In this document: one piece after another, positions 54,177 to 64,000 of the stretch
Numbering within the stretch: position 1 is the stretch's first letter
How the letters are laid out: each line of letters begins with the position of its first letter
Assembly (NCBI GenBank): GCA_004431415.1
Contig: QPMI01000415.1
Span: forward strand, 1 to 64,000
DNA: 64,000 nt
Origin: Cyanophora paradoxa CCMP329
Lineage: Eukaryota; Plantae; Glaucophyta
Reading direction: 5' to 3'
Notes under the pieces: model-generated
Told to the model about the DNA's origin: nothing
Database searches by the model: none
What the model saw: only the letters and a program-made list of their open reading frames with translations
Position numbers and translations under genes: made by a program

Positions 54177-56036
54177 CTACACATCCGGCCCCGGATCGCT
54201 CTCGTCGCCGTCCTCGGACTCGACGACGAGGCGGGCGTCCCAGCGCGGCCGGAGGGGCGCCAGCGCCGCCTTCGCCGCCGCCCGCAGCGTGGGGCCCCCT
54301 CCGGGGAGCAGCGCCAGCGTCAGGGAGAGCTCGAGGGGCGCCTGGCGGGGGGCGTCCCCCGCCGGCGTGCACGTGGCCGCGGCGAGGGCGGCGTACCCCC
54401 CCAGGTCGTCCCCCGGGCCGGCTGCGTGGCTTAAAGCGAGGCTTCGAAGGCGGGGCGCGCCGGCGCCGGCGGCGATATCGATGGCGGCCGCGATCTCGGA
54501 GGCCTCGGCGGCGCCCAGGGGCCGCCGGGCGGGCGCCCCAAACTCTGGGCCGGCGCGCCAGCGGCGGAGGGCGGGGCGGGCGGCCCGCATCAGGTCGGCC
54601 GCCTCGCCGCCGTCGCTCCCGCGGCCGAACGAGTCCACCCACAAATCGACCTCCTCGAGGGCCGGAGACCTCCGGAGGAGCGCGGCGGCGGCCGCGGGGA
54701 GGCCGGGGGCGAGGGCCCCGGCCCCGGCCCCGGGCGCAGGGTAGTCCTGAAGCTCGAGGGAGAGCTCGCGGAGGCGGGGCAGGCGCGCCAGGCCGGGCAG
54801 CGCCCCCGCCGCCGTCTCGTCCACCTGCGGCCGAGCTGAGTGAGACTGCGGCCGAGCTGAGTGAGGGGGGTACGCGCGCGCCGCGATCGCGAGGGACTCG
54901 AGGAGGGGCGGGGCGGCCGCGGCGAGTGCGGCCACTGCGGGGCCGTCCAGGGCCATGCTGAGCTCGGAGGGGTACTGGAGGGCCGAGCGGCCCTCGCCCG
55001 CCAGCCGCAGGGCCCGCAGGCCCGCGACGAGGGGCGAGGAGGCGAGCGAGGCCACCGCGCCACCGATCGGGCAGCCTGCCGCTCGCGTTACCAGAGGAAG
55101 GGGGGGGAGAAGACGTGGGGGGTACGGGTACCTGGGAAGTCGGCCATTTCCGAGTCGTAGAGGATCGAGAGGGAGCGGAGGGGCCAGGGGAGGCGGGCCG
55201 CCCTTTCGATGCAGCGGTCGCTTGCCACGCGCAGGGCAAGGGCCGAAAGACGCGGGCAGGCCCCGGCGGCCTCCAGGGCGGGGGGCAGGGACTCGTGCAG
55301 CCAGACGCCGCAGCTCGGCGGGGGTACGATCTCCAGCGTCTCGAGGGCGTCGAGTCCGGCGAGGAGGGGGGGTAGGCGCTCCTCGGGGGGGTCGAGCCAG
55401 GTGCGCGCCCCGCAGGCGGGGGGCCGGATCCGAAGGGCGGCGAGGGCGGCGCGGGCCGGGGCGGAGTGCGCCGCGAGGCAGCCCCGCAAGAACGACTCCA
55501 GCTCCACCTCGGAGGGCTCCGGTACCCCCCCATCGCATCCCAGGTCGAGGGTAAGGTCGCGCAGGGCGGCGGAGGCGGGCGGAAGGCGGAGGAAGGCGGT
55601 CACAGCCTCGAGGGGCGCGGTGCCGGCGGCCGGCGGCGAGGCGAGGAGGTCGGGGCCCACGGCAAGGGCCAGGCGCTCGATGCGCGCCCCGCGCAGCGCC
55701 ACGCCGGCCTCGGCGAGGGCCGCGAGCCACCGGAGGCGGCGGGAGCTCCAAGCAGTCGGGTCTTCGCGCTCAGCCACGATCTGCAGGCGCAGCGCGACTG
55801 GCCAGCGGACGTTCGGGAGGAGGCCGCGCCACCGCCGGCACACGCCCCCGATGGCGCCGCGCCCGTACGCGCTCGCAATTCCAACGTGCCTGCGCAGCCG
55901 CGCGCGTTTGACGTACGCGTCGTCCTTGCAATTGGCTTGCGGCGCGGACGGCGCAGGCGGCAGGGAGCGCGTACGCGAAGACAAGTTGCAAGATGTCGTC
56001 CGGCAGCGCGTCCGCGGAGCCCGGGCCCGCGTCCAT
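54177..56036 (-). CDS. F-box protein with LRR-like repeats (multi-exon)
   Basis: ADALPDDILQLVFA..GGVCRRWR F-box signature; repeated LRxLxL (LRDLTLDL, LETLEIV, LRELSLEL, LRSLALS). Confidence 0.65.
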
Positions 56037-56205
56037 CGTCGCCGCTCGAACGGACTCGAGCGATCGAGCCTAGGGCCGGAGGAGCGCGCTAGATAGCGCT
56101 TGGGATGCCTTGGGCAAGCAAGCGAGCAAGCTCCGTTCAAGCCTTTGGAGCTCCGACAAGCTCTTGAAGCTCGCTCGCGAGGGGTACAGCCGGAAGGTGA
56201 CGAAG

Positions 56206-58480
56206 ATGAAGCCCAAGCCCGCCCGGCTGCTCGCGTCCCTCGCAATTGTATCTCTACTCGCGCTGCTATTTGTGCTGCTCTTGGACGCGCAAGAATCGAG
56301 GGAGAGCCCGCGCGCCGGGTGGCGCCGGCGCTCGGCGCTGCAGGACTTCCGGAGGCGCTTCCTTGCGCCGGTACATGGGCTTTAGCTGTTTGAGCCCGCC
56401 CGACATGTCCGCTTCCGCCCTCGTTGCTCACTCCTCCCGCGCGCCGCGCGCTCGCAGGATGCCCTCGACCGGGAGGACGAGCTGGCGGTGGCTGTGCTTA
56501 CGACCGCCCGGGTGCGACGACCTGCGCTTGTACAATGGGCTCTGTTTTGCCGCGGCCGATCCGCGCTGTCGGGCGTCTAGTTCCACGAGACGAGAACCAG
56601 CGCCATCCGAGCGACGTGGGGGTGCGCTGCAGTTGATATCTTGTACATGTGTTCCCAGCACTAGACATACCGGCCGCGCAGCCGCCAGCTGAGTGCTCTT
56701 GAATACTTCTCGGATTCCACGGTCAGACGCGCCGGGCCCCCGCGCGCCCTGTTCGGCTCGGCTCGTCCCGCGGCCGCGCGCTCAAAGCGCTCGCTCGCCT
56801 CAGGAGCGCCTCCCAGGCGCGCACGTGCTGAGGCCGCAGCCGAGCGAGCGCTTCGGGGGGGGCGGAGCCTGGAAGGACCTGCCGGCCCTCCAGCGCCTCT
56901 ACGAGCTCCACCCGAACAAGAAGTGGTCCGCGCACCCGTGCTCCCCAGTCCCGCCGCAGGTCCGCGGCGCGCCCGAGTGACTTTCGATCCCAGGTACATG
57001 CGAGCGGACGACGACACGGTGCTGCGCTAGCGCTTGCTGGATCGAATCTCGCTTTGATTTTCGCCCGCTGTGAAATGTCGTTCCTAATTCTGGCGCCTCC
57101 AGTTCGTGATCGTACCCAACCTTCTGAACTTCACGCGGCGCCTGAACGCCAGCCGCGAGCAGTACGTCGGGCAGGCGCGTACCCCTCCGCTTCCGAATTC
57201 TTCTCCCTTCTCTAACGGTACCCCTTCGGCTCAGGTGAACCAGTACGGACTCGGGGGCACGTGGGCGCGTGGCCCTCTCCTCGCGAGCCGCGTTCGGCTT
57301 CCTGCCAGGCCGACTCAGCTGACTTCGTTCGCAGTTCGGGCAGGGCGGCGGGGGCTACCTGCTGAGCGCGCCGCTCATGCAGCGCCTGCACAAGCGGCTC
57401 GACGAGTGCATCGAGCGGCTCGTCCACATCGCGTGCGCCCTCCAGCAACTTTGCTTCCTTTAATTTATAGATTAATTCAGAACTAGTGCTGATGTTCTAA
57501 AAACAGGTACGGGGACAGCCGCGTCGGCATTTGCGTCGACATGATGGGCGGGCCCCGCCCCAACCCAATGAAGGTCCGCCCTTCGGGATCCAAGACTGCA
57601 ACCGTACCCCTCCCCTCGATCCGACCCGCCCGCGCCAGGGCGGCTGGTTCGAGCGCTCGCCCCCCCCCCCTCTTCTCCTCCCCCCCGCTTTCGCCGCGTA
57701 CCCCCCGCAGGTTCCACGGGGACCCCATCGACATGATTGTCCAGGCAGCCCCCGGGGGCAACGTTAACGCCTCGGACCCGGTTCACGCGGGGCAGGGAGG
57801 GGGGGGTAGCGGGCTGGAACTCCCGCGCCGTCTCTCCCTTGCCCACGTACCCCCGCGCGCAGTCGGCGCGGGAGCGGTGGCACGGGCACGCGCGGCGGTA
57901 CCCCAACGAGCTCCCCGTCTCATTCCACCGCCTCGACCCCAACGTACCCCCCCCCCACCTCTCTTCCCCCCGTGAAGGAACGGCTGGCGTGGTAAACCAG
58001 GGGGGTACAGGACGTCCGGGACTTGCACGCGTTCGTCTCGAGGGGCGGGGGGGCCCCCATGCCCTACGCGACCCTCGCCGAGTTCCGGCCCTGGCAGGTT
58101 CGAATTCGCCGCGGCGTACCCCCCTCCTCTCTATCCCCCCCCTCAAATTCCCGCTTCTTGCAGGCGGCGCGGCGCGCGGCCTCCGAGGAAGGAGCAGCCG
58201 AGAGGGCGCTGGAGGCCTAGGGCCCGGGGGGCGGCTGGCGTCCCCCCCCCCCCCCCCCGGCCCGGCGACGCCGGCGTCGGCGCCCCCGGCTCGGCCCGGT
58301 CCGTCATTCCTCCACTTTCCGCAGCGGGAGCCGCGGCGCCGGCGGCTGTCGGCGCCGCTGCTCCCGCCGAGAGACCCGCCACGGCCGCCGCCGAGGAGGG
58401 GGCTCGAGCGCCCCCGATCGCGAGCGGCCTCACCGCCGACGCGGCGACGCATTCAAGCGGGGTGCACATGGATCAGCTAG
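56206..58480 (+). CDS. Fringe-like/GT31 glycosyltransferase copy B (multi-exon; 3' end approximate)
   Basis: Inverted duplicate of copy A with the same TM anchor and the DDDT, GGGGYLLS, YGDSRVG and PVSFH motifs. Confidence 0.68.
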
Positions 58481-59242
58481 CGCTGCAGGCGCCAGCTGCA
58501 GTTCCCAGATAAGCTTTACCTGTATATACGTAGGCCTAGGCTTCATGAGCCTTCATCTATGCCATGATGAGGGTCTTGAGAACTTGTAATGACTCAGAGA
58601 AGACATGACAAGTACATGTGCCACGTGCACTTGTGGGGCTGTATAGCCTGGCGGCCTATCTACTGGGCTATAGAATTCGAATAATAATCTTGTAATTAAT
58701 CCGAAGACCGTGCATCGCAAACAGATCTAGACATGCGCGCGTCGGGAGCAAAATCGCGCCTCATCTTCCGAGAGGGACTATTTATAACACATCTGAGAAA
58801 CTGCGCCTCGATTCAAATCGCCGAGTCGCTGCCAGGCTGGTACTACAGCCGCCGCCTTAGCTACAGTCTACGGGTGATTCTGAACGCCTTAGCTACAGCC
58901 TACGTGTATTGCCAGAGTGCGGAATTCGATTGTTTAAAGCTAATAAGTAACTTAAGGTGTCATGCAGGGCCGAATTCAAAAATAAAAGAAGCTTCTCAAT
59001 AATCTATATCACTCAAAAAAATCCAGCTGACCAGCTGCCAGTGCCTGCCACTATTTATACGAACGCTTCAGAGAACCTGCATATGCATAAAGATATGCAG
59101 AATCGAGATACAATGGCCTGAGCCGTACTGATAACTGAGGCACTCGCAATATGTGTGAAACTCATCTATTACTGTACGCTACTTTCTGTGGTAGTACTAC
59201 TTACAGGCCGTCGCCGGCAACGGAAAGAGTCTTTGAAACGAA

Positions 59243-60227
59243 TCACGCGACGGGCGGGTGGAGGACGAGCTCTCCGTCCTGGCGGCGCTCGGGGGCCGGC
59301 GGCTGGCCAGCGACGGCGACAGCCGCCGGGTCGGCCGGCTGGGCGTCCGAGAGGGGTGGCGAGGAAAGGAGGGCGAGCGGGTCGCATGGGTGCGCCCCCG
59401 GCACGAGGCGACGAACGAGAGCGACGAGCGCAGCGTTCTCGGCGCGGCACGTGTCCGCGTCCCGCTTGAGAGTCGCGTTCTGCTCCCGTAGGCTCAAGAT
59501 GTGCGCGATGCTGCGTGCGCGCTGTCAGGACTAGGCGCCCCGCAAGCGTTGACACGAATCACCTGTGCTCGAGGACCACCATCTTGTCGGCGGGTCCGCA
59601 GCCAAGCATCGTTCCGAGTGCGTTGAACCGGTCTTGTATGTCGACGCGACGCATCTTTTCCCTAGCCGCCTTGAAGTGCTTGCGGCAGCCTCCTTCCGGC
59701 ACGTCCATCGTACGGATGGGGCCCGGCGGAAGCTGCTGCTGGGGTGGCTGGGCTGCCCGAGGCGAGGCCGACGGGGGAAGGTGGATCGGCGGCCGCTGGA
59801 AAGCTACGGGACTGGAATGAAGGTAGCCGATCGGAGCAGGAGGAGCAGGCGCGATCGGCACGGGACAGGGCGGCTGCTGAATGGAAGGCGCCGGAAGAGC
59901 CGGCGAAAGATAAGGGCGAAGATCGAGAGGGGGCGGTTGAGGAGATGGGAGGACGAAGCTGTCCGCGAGAGGCCTGTGCACGCACTCTAATGGCACGGCT
60001 GGCACCACGATCGGCGGTGGCTGCGAAGCGACCTCGAGTACGGAACTTTGCAAGCTCGCGAAGCTGGATTCGGGAGGCTGGCACGCCCCATGATCAAGGA
60101 GCGCCCATTCCACATCCATCAGGCCCAGCGGATCGTCAAAGTTGGGCGGCAGGTCTGGAAGGTCACTTCCGACCTCCGAGAGAAGTCGAGGACGCGGTGC
60201 ACGGGCAGCCGTGTCGCTACTCTCCAT
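59243..60227 (-). CDS. bHLH-leucine-zipper transcription factor (one intron ~59511-59562)
   Basis: HFKAAREKMRRVDIQDRFNALGTML..DKMVVLEH-intron-IAHILSLREQNATLK; Pro-rich N-terminus. Confidence 0.8.
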
Positions 60228-60499
60228 CGTGGGAGCGTTGCCGCTCCGATCCCGTGTCAGCTCGTCGAGGCTGTCTGCTGAAGCTCGAGAACTTGATCGC
60301 GTCGGGGGGTACTGACGAGTCGAAGATCAATTTCTGGCCATGGACATCAACGCTCGTTGCATGCTGCAGCTGCAGCGCTCCGTGCACTGTTTTCTTATTT
60401 ACACTGAATTCGAACACTTCCTGTAGCTATAGCTATAGCTATAGCTGGGACGTAAACGTATGCGTCACTGTGCACTGCGCATGCGCGCGGCGCGGCATG

Positions 60500-63178
60500 C
60501 GCAACACCTCCGGAATCCGCGGCCGAGGCTCGCGCGCGCGCCTCGCGCGGCGTCGCGCCGCGGGGCCAACACTCGAGCTCTACATGCCGGCGCTCGGCGG
60601 TCCTCACGGCTCCGCCGAGGCCGCGGGGGGCACGGGCGCCGCGTGCAGGGCCCGCTCCCACGCGTCCGCCGTCTGCCCAGCCAGCCGCGGTCAGCGGGGG
60701 CCAGGCCAGGATGACACGGGAGGGGCGGGGCGTGCGCGGCGGTGGGTCGCGAGCTGCGCGGCGGCGAAGGCGCGGAGGGCCCCCGTCACGTCCCGCTCCT
60801 TCCACGCGAAGAGGCGCCCCAGCTCCTCCCACGCCTGAAAGAAGTTGAAGGTAAGAAGAAGAGAGAAGAGAACCTAAGGGGCGCGCGCGCCTTGCCGCAG
60901 AAGCGCTCGTAGTCGGAGACCAGGCCCCGCTCCTTCTCCGCCAGCTCCCGCGCGTGCGCCGCGGCCGCCGTGGCGCGCGCCTCGGCGCGGGCCTCGGCCT
61001 CCGAGGGGCTCAGGATGCCCACGGCCGCCTCCAGGTTCTCGAGGACCTGCGATCAAATTTGAATTTGAATTCGAATTTGAATTCGAATTTGATCCGGCGC
61101 TGGCCTCGGAGGCGTTGCTGGCGGCGCCCGTGTGGGACCGCGCCACGCGCTCCTTCCACGCCGCAAGCTCGCCCTCGGCCTCTGCGCAGAAGAAGAGCGG
61201 AAGAAAGGGAAGGCAGAGGAGGAGGAGAAGGGCGTACCCCCGGCGGCCTCGAGGAGGCGGGCCCGCTGCCCGTCCACCCGCTGAGAAAAAGGAATAATAA
61301 TCAGGAAAGGAAGGGCCGCCAAAGGAGAGGAAAGCGGACGCGGAGCTCGGCGGCTGCGGGTACGAAGTCCTCGAGGACGGCCACGAGGCCCTTCTCGTCC
61401 CACTCGGGCTGGAGAAGGTCAGAGGGAAGAGAGGGGGAGAAGGGGGGGGGGGGAGAACCTCGACGCGCTCGGCGGCGGCGTAGGCCTCGAGGGCGCGGGA
61501 GACGGCGGCGGCGGCGGCCGCCTCGCCGGCCGCCCCGATGCCCTCCAGCTCGGCCGCCGCGGGGTTCGCCTCGATCCCCGCCTGCTCCGCCTCGAACCTG
61601 CCCGCCCGAATGAGAGAGGAAAGACGGGCTACAGAGCCAAGGCCTGCTTGCCTGCCGTACTCGCGAAGGGCCTTGGAGAGCCCGTGCGCCGCGCGGTTGC
61701 TCGCTGCGAAGGAACTCTGAATGAAGCAAAGGGGCGAGGGGAGGGGGGGGGGGGGGGGGTACCGAGGAGGGACTCTTCGTAGGCGCGGGCGGCGGAGACG
61801 GCGGCCAGGAGGCGCTCCCGGGAGCCCTCGAAGTACGAGGCCAGCACCGACCAGGCCGCCGCCTGCGCCGGATCCAATCGTTCTCGGGGGGTACGGGAGG
61901 ATGAGGGGGGTATGTGAGCGAACCTCGACGGGGGAGCGCTGAAGGGGGTGCGCGGCCTTCCCGAAGTGGGGTACGGCGCTCTTTAGCTGCGGGACGCGCG
62001 CGTGGTCAGGGGGGGGGGGTACTAAGCAGGCAGAAGGGGGAGCCGACACGCACGCGAGAGAGCATCTGGGTGACGGAGGGGCGGCGGGGGCGGCCCGCAG
62101 CCCACTCCTGCGGGCGCGCTTGCGTTTGCCGGGCGGGGCGGGCGGGGCGGAGGGTTGAAGGGGCTCGCCTCGGTCGAGATGAACTCCGGGACCTGCGGCG
62201 AGGGCGTGGGTTGGTCAGGCGTCGGGGGGTACAGCCGAGCCCACCTCGGGGTCCTGCGGGCGGCTGCGCGGGCTCGGCACCGGCTTCCCCCACTCCTGCG
62301 CCGAAAGTGAGAAGTGAGGCAGGGGTACAGCGCGCAGAGAAGTTTTCGCCCACCTCGTCAGTCAGGAACGCGAGGACCTGCGCGGCGCACACTTTGAAAA
62401 AAGGCCGAAAGAACAGGCGAGGGCGGGACGGGGCGGGGCGGCGGGCCTCGGGGTGCGACCGAAGCTCGGGGTGCGAGGCGACGTGGCCCATGAAGCGCGA
62501 GAGGCGCGAGGCGCGCACGCGGAGCCCCTGCGAGGCGCTCAGGGGCGCCGGCGGCGTCCCCGCCTCCTGCTCCTGGACCGAGAGCTCTGCGGCGCCGGCC
62601 TCGTTTCAGCCTGGATCGATTGAAGGAAAGAAGGAAGGGAGCGAGCGGGCCTTCGCCGGGCGGGGCGGCGAGCGAGGAGGGGAGGATGAGGTACGGCATG
62701 CGCTCGACGAGGAGCTCGACCAGCCCGACGAACTGCGTGTCCGTCCTCACCACGGAGAAGGGCCTGCCGGCGACCTGTGGTTCGCGAAGAAGCCTGAGCG
62801 TAAGTTTCAGATGTTACTGCCGCGCGCGCACCGTGCTCTCGACGTCGAAGCAGACGGAGGGCTGAAGGGGCGCGTCCACGAGGTCGTGGACGAAGCCGGC
62901 GATGGCCGACTCCTCCGGGCGGACGCGCGGGAAGCACACGCGCCCCGCGAAGACCTGCACGGCGCGCGCGGTCGGTGAGCGGGGCGGCAAACTTCATCCA
63001 AGATGTCGAACCTTGACTTCGTCCACGCCGCGCTCCTCCGTGGCTGTTCGGTGCTGCGCCGCGGGGCGGTCCTCCCTCTTCGGTGCTTGCGGAGGCGGCT
63101 CGTGCCCTCCGGTGGAGCGCTGAGCGGCGACGAGCCTGCGCCGCGTGAGGGAAACAGCAGCTCACGAGAAGGCGACAT
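60500..63178 (-). CDS. PX-domain (sorting nexin/BAR-like) protein, multi-exon, ends approximate
   Basis: FSVVRTDTQFVGLVELLVERMPYLILP and RASRLSRFMGHVASHPELRSHPE-VLAFL (PX-like), followed by Ala/Glu-rich helical exons. Confidence 0.55.
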
Positions 63179-63503
63179 GAAGAACGCACGGATCTTCTGA
63201 TTCGGCCTCTTGCGGGACTTCATTCAGCGTAGAGATTGCACTAAGCTGGGTTCCCGTAATGCTAGAGAGGTCTGCGCGTGGGTGCGGCGGGCGGCAATTC
63301 GAACTCGTACGCACACGCGCAACCCAAGCAGAACCAGACGCGCGCGGCGCGCCGAGCGCGCGCACCTTCATCGACCGGAGCTGCGATGCGAGGGAGCGTC
63401 AGGGGGGTGGCGCGCAGGGACGTGGGGGTCTTGCGCACAGGATGCCTCCGATCCGAGTACCGAGCGCGTGGAGAGATTCTCAGACGCGTCAGCGGTAGCG
63501 GCA

Positions 63504-64000
63504 ATGCTGCTCATCGTGGCGCTTGTTGGCGTGCTCAGCGCTTCTGGTCGCCGCTTCAATTTGGGTGGGTACGGCCATGGGCGACGACTCGCCGACGAGT
63601 ACCCCCAGACGAGACTGAAGCCGAGCTCCCAGGTGCGTCTGCCGCTCGTCTTACTGCACTAGAGCAATGCGCCCCGAGTGCTGTGGCAAGGGCGTGTGAT
63701 TATCTCGAACCCCACGCGCGCTCGTCGTGGGCGCTCCGGCGCTGGTTCCCGGCAGCGCACGATAAGCGTGTAGATCGCGTTTGTTGTCGTCGGTACCGCC
63801 TGCGAGCTGATTCGGGATCCGCGCAGACCAGCCGACGAGGGCACAGGGCCACCGCAGCTGGCCACGGCGACTGTGCAGAAGGTGCGCAATCGCTCCGTCG
63901 CCGCGCCGATGGCGGATCCCGCTGATCGGGCACCGCCTCTTTACTCCGCCCCCACAGCGCCGAAGCGGGTAGGCTTTCGCAGCCGTGGTATGTGAGTTCG
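63504..64000 (+). CDS. 5' end of a possible secreted protein gene (truncated by the window)
   Basis: MLLIVALVGVLSA signal-like start, divergent from the PX gene. Confidence 0.3.

Noticed and set aside
1-64000. Naming the host species
   Set aside because: High GC and short introns suggest a protist or alga, but nothing here identifies it.

Overview
Eukaryotic, probably protist or algal, genomic DNA. The GC-rich host background (short ~50-60 nt introns) is interrupted by two related AT-richer endogenous Polinton-like viruses (PLVs) lying tail-to-tail about 2 kb apart. PLV-1 (1 to ~13.7 kb; left part outside the window; many frameshifts) encodes a minor capsid, major capsid, A32 ATPase, three small conserved ORFs, a derived PolB-SF1 helicase-HNH fusion, rve integrase, a DUF5710-like protein, a SAM decarboxylase-family protein and an N6-adenine DNA methyltransferase. 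PLV-2 (15754-41889) is complete, with 893-bp TIRs that end in 95-nt hairpins and a 6-bp TSD (ATCCAC). It has the same syntenic core but a different replication module (PrimPol-SF3 helicase plus a protein-primed PolB with degenerate proofreading motifs). It also carries a second minor capsid, four fibre-like genes, HNH, patatin-discoidin and again a SAM decarboxylase-family gene. PLV-2 is inserted in the dimerisation-domain exon of an internally deleted hAT transposon (8-bp TSD). The right third holds a TGT..ACA TIR element with nested inverted and tandem repeats, an inverted duplication of a Fringe/GT31-like glycosyltransferase flanking an F-box gene, a bHLH-ZIP gene and a PX-BAR-like gene. 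All calls come from motifs read by eye; no searches were run.
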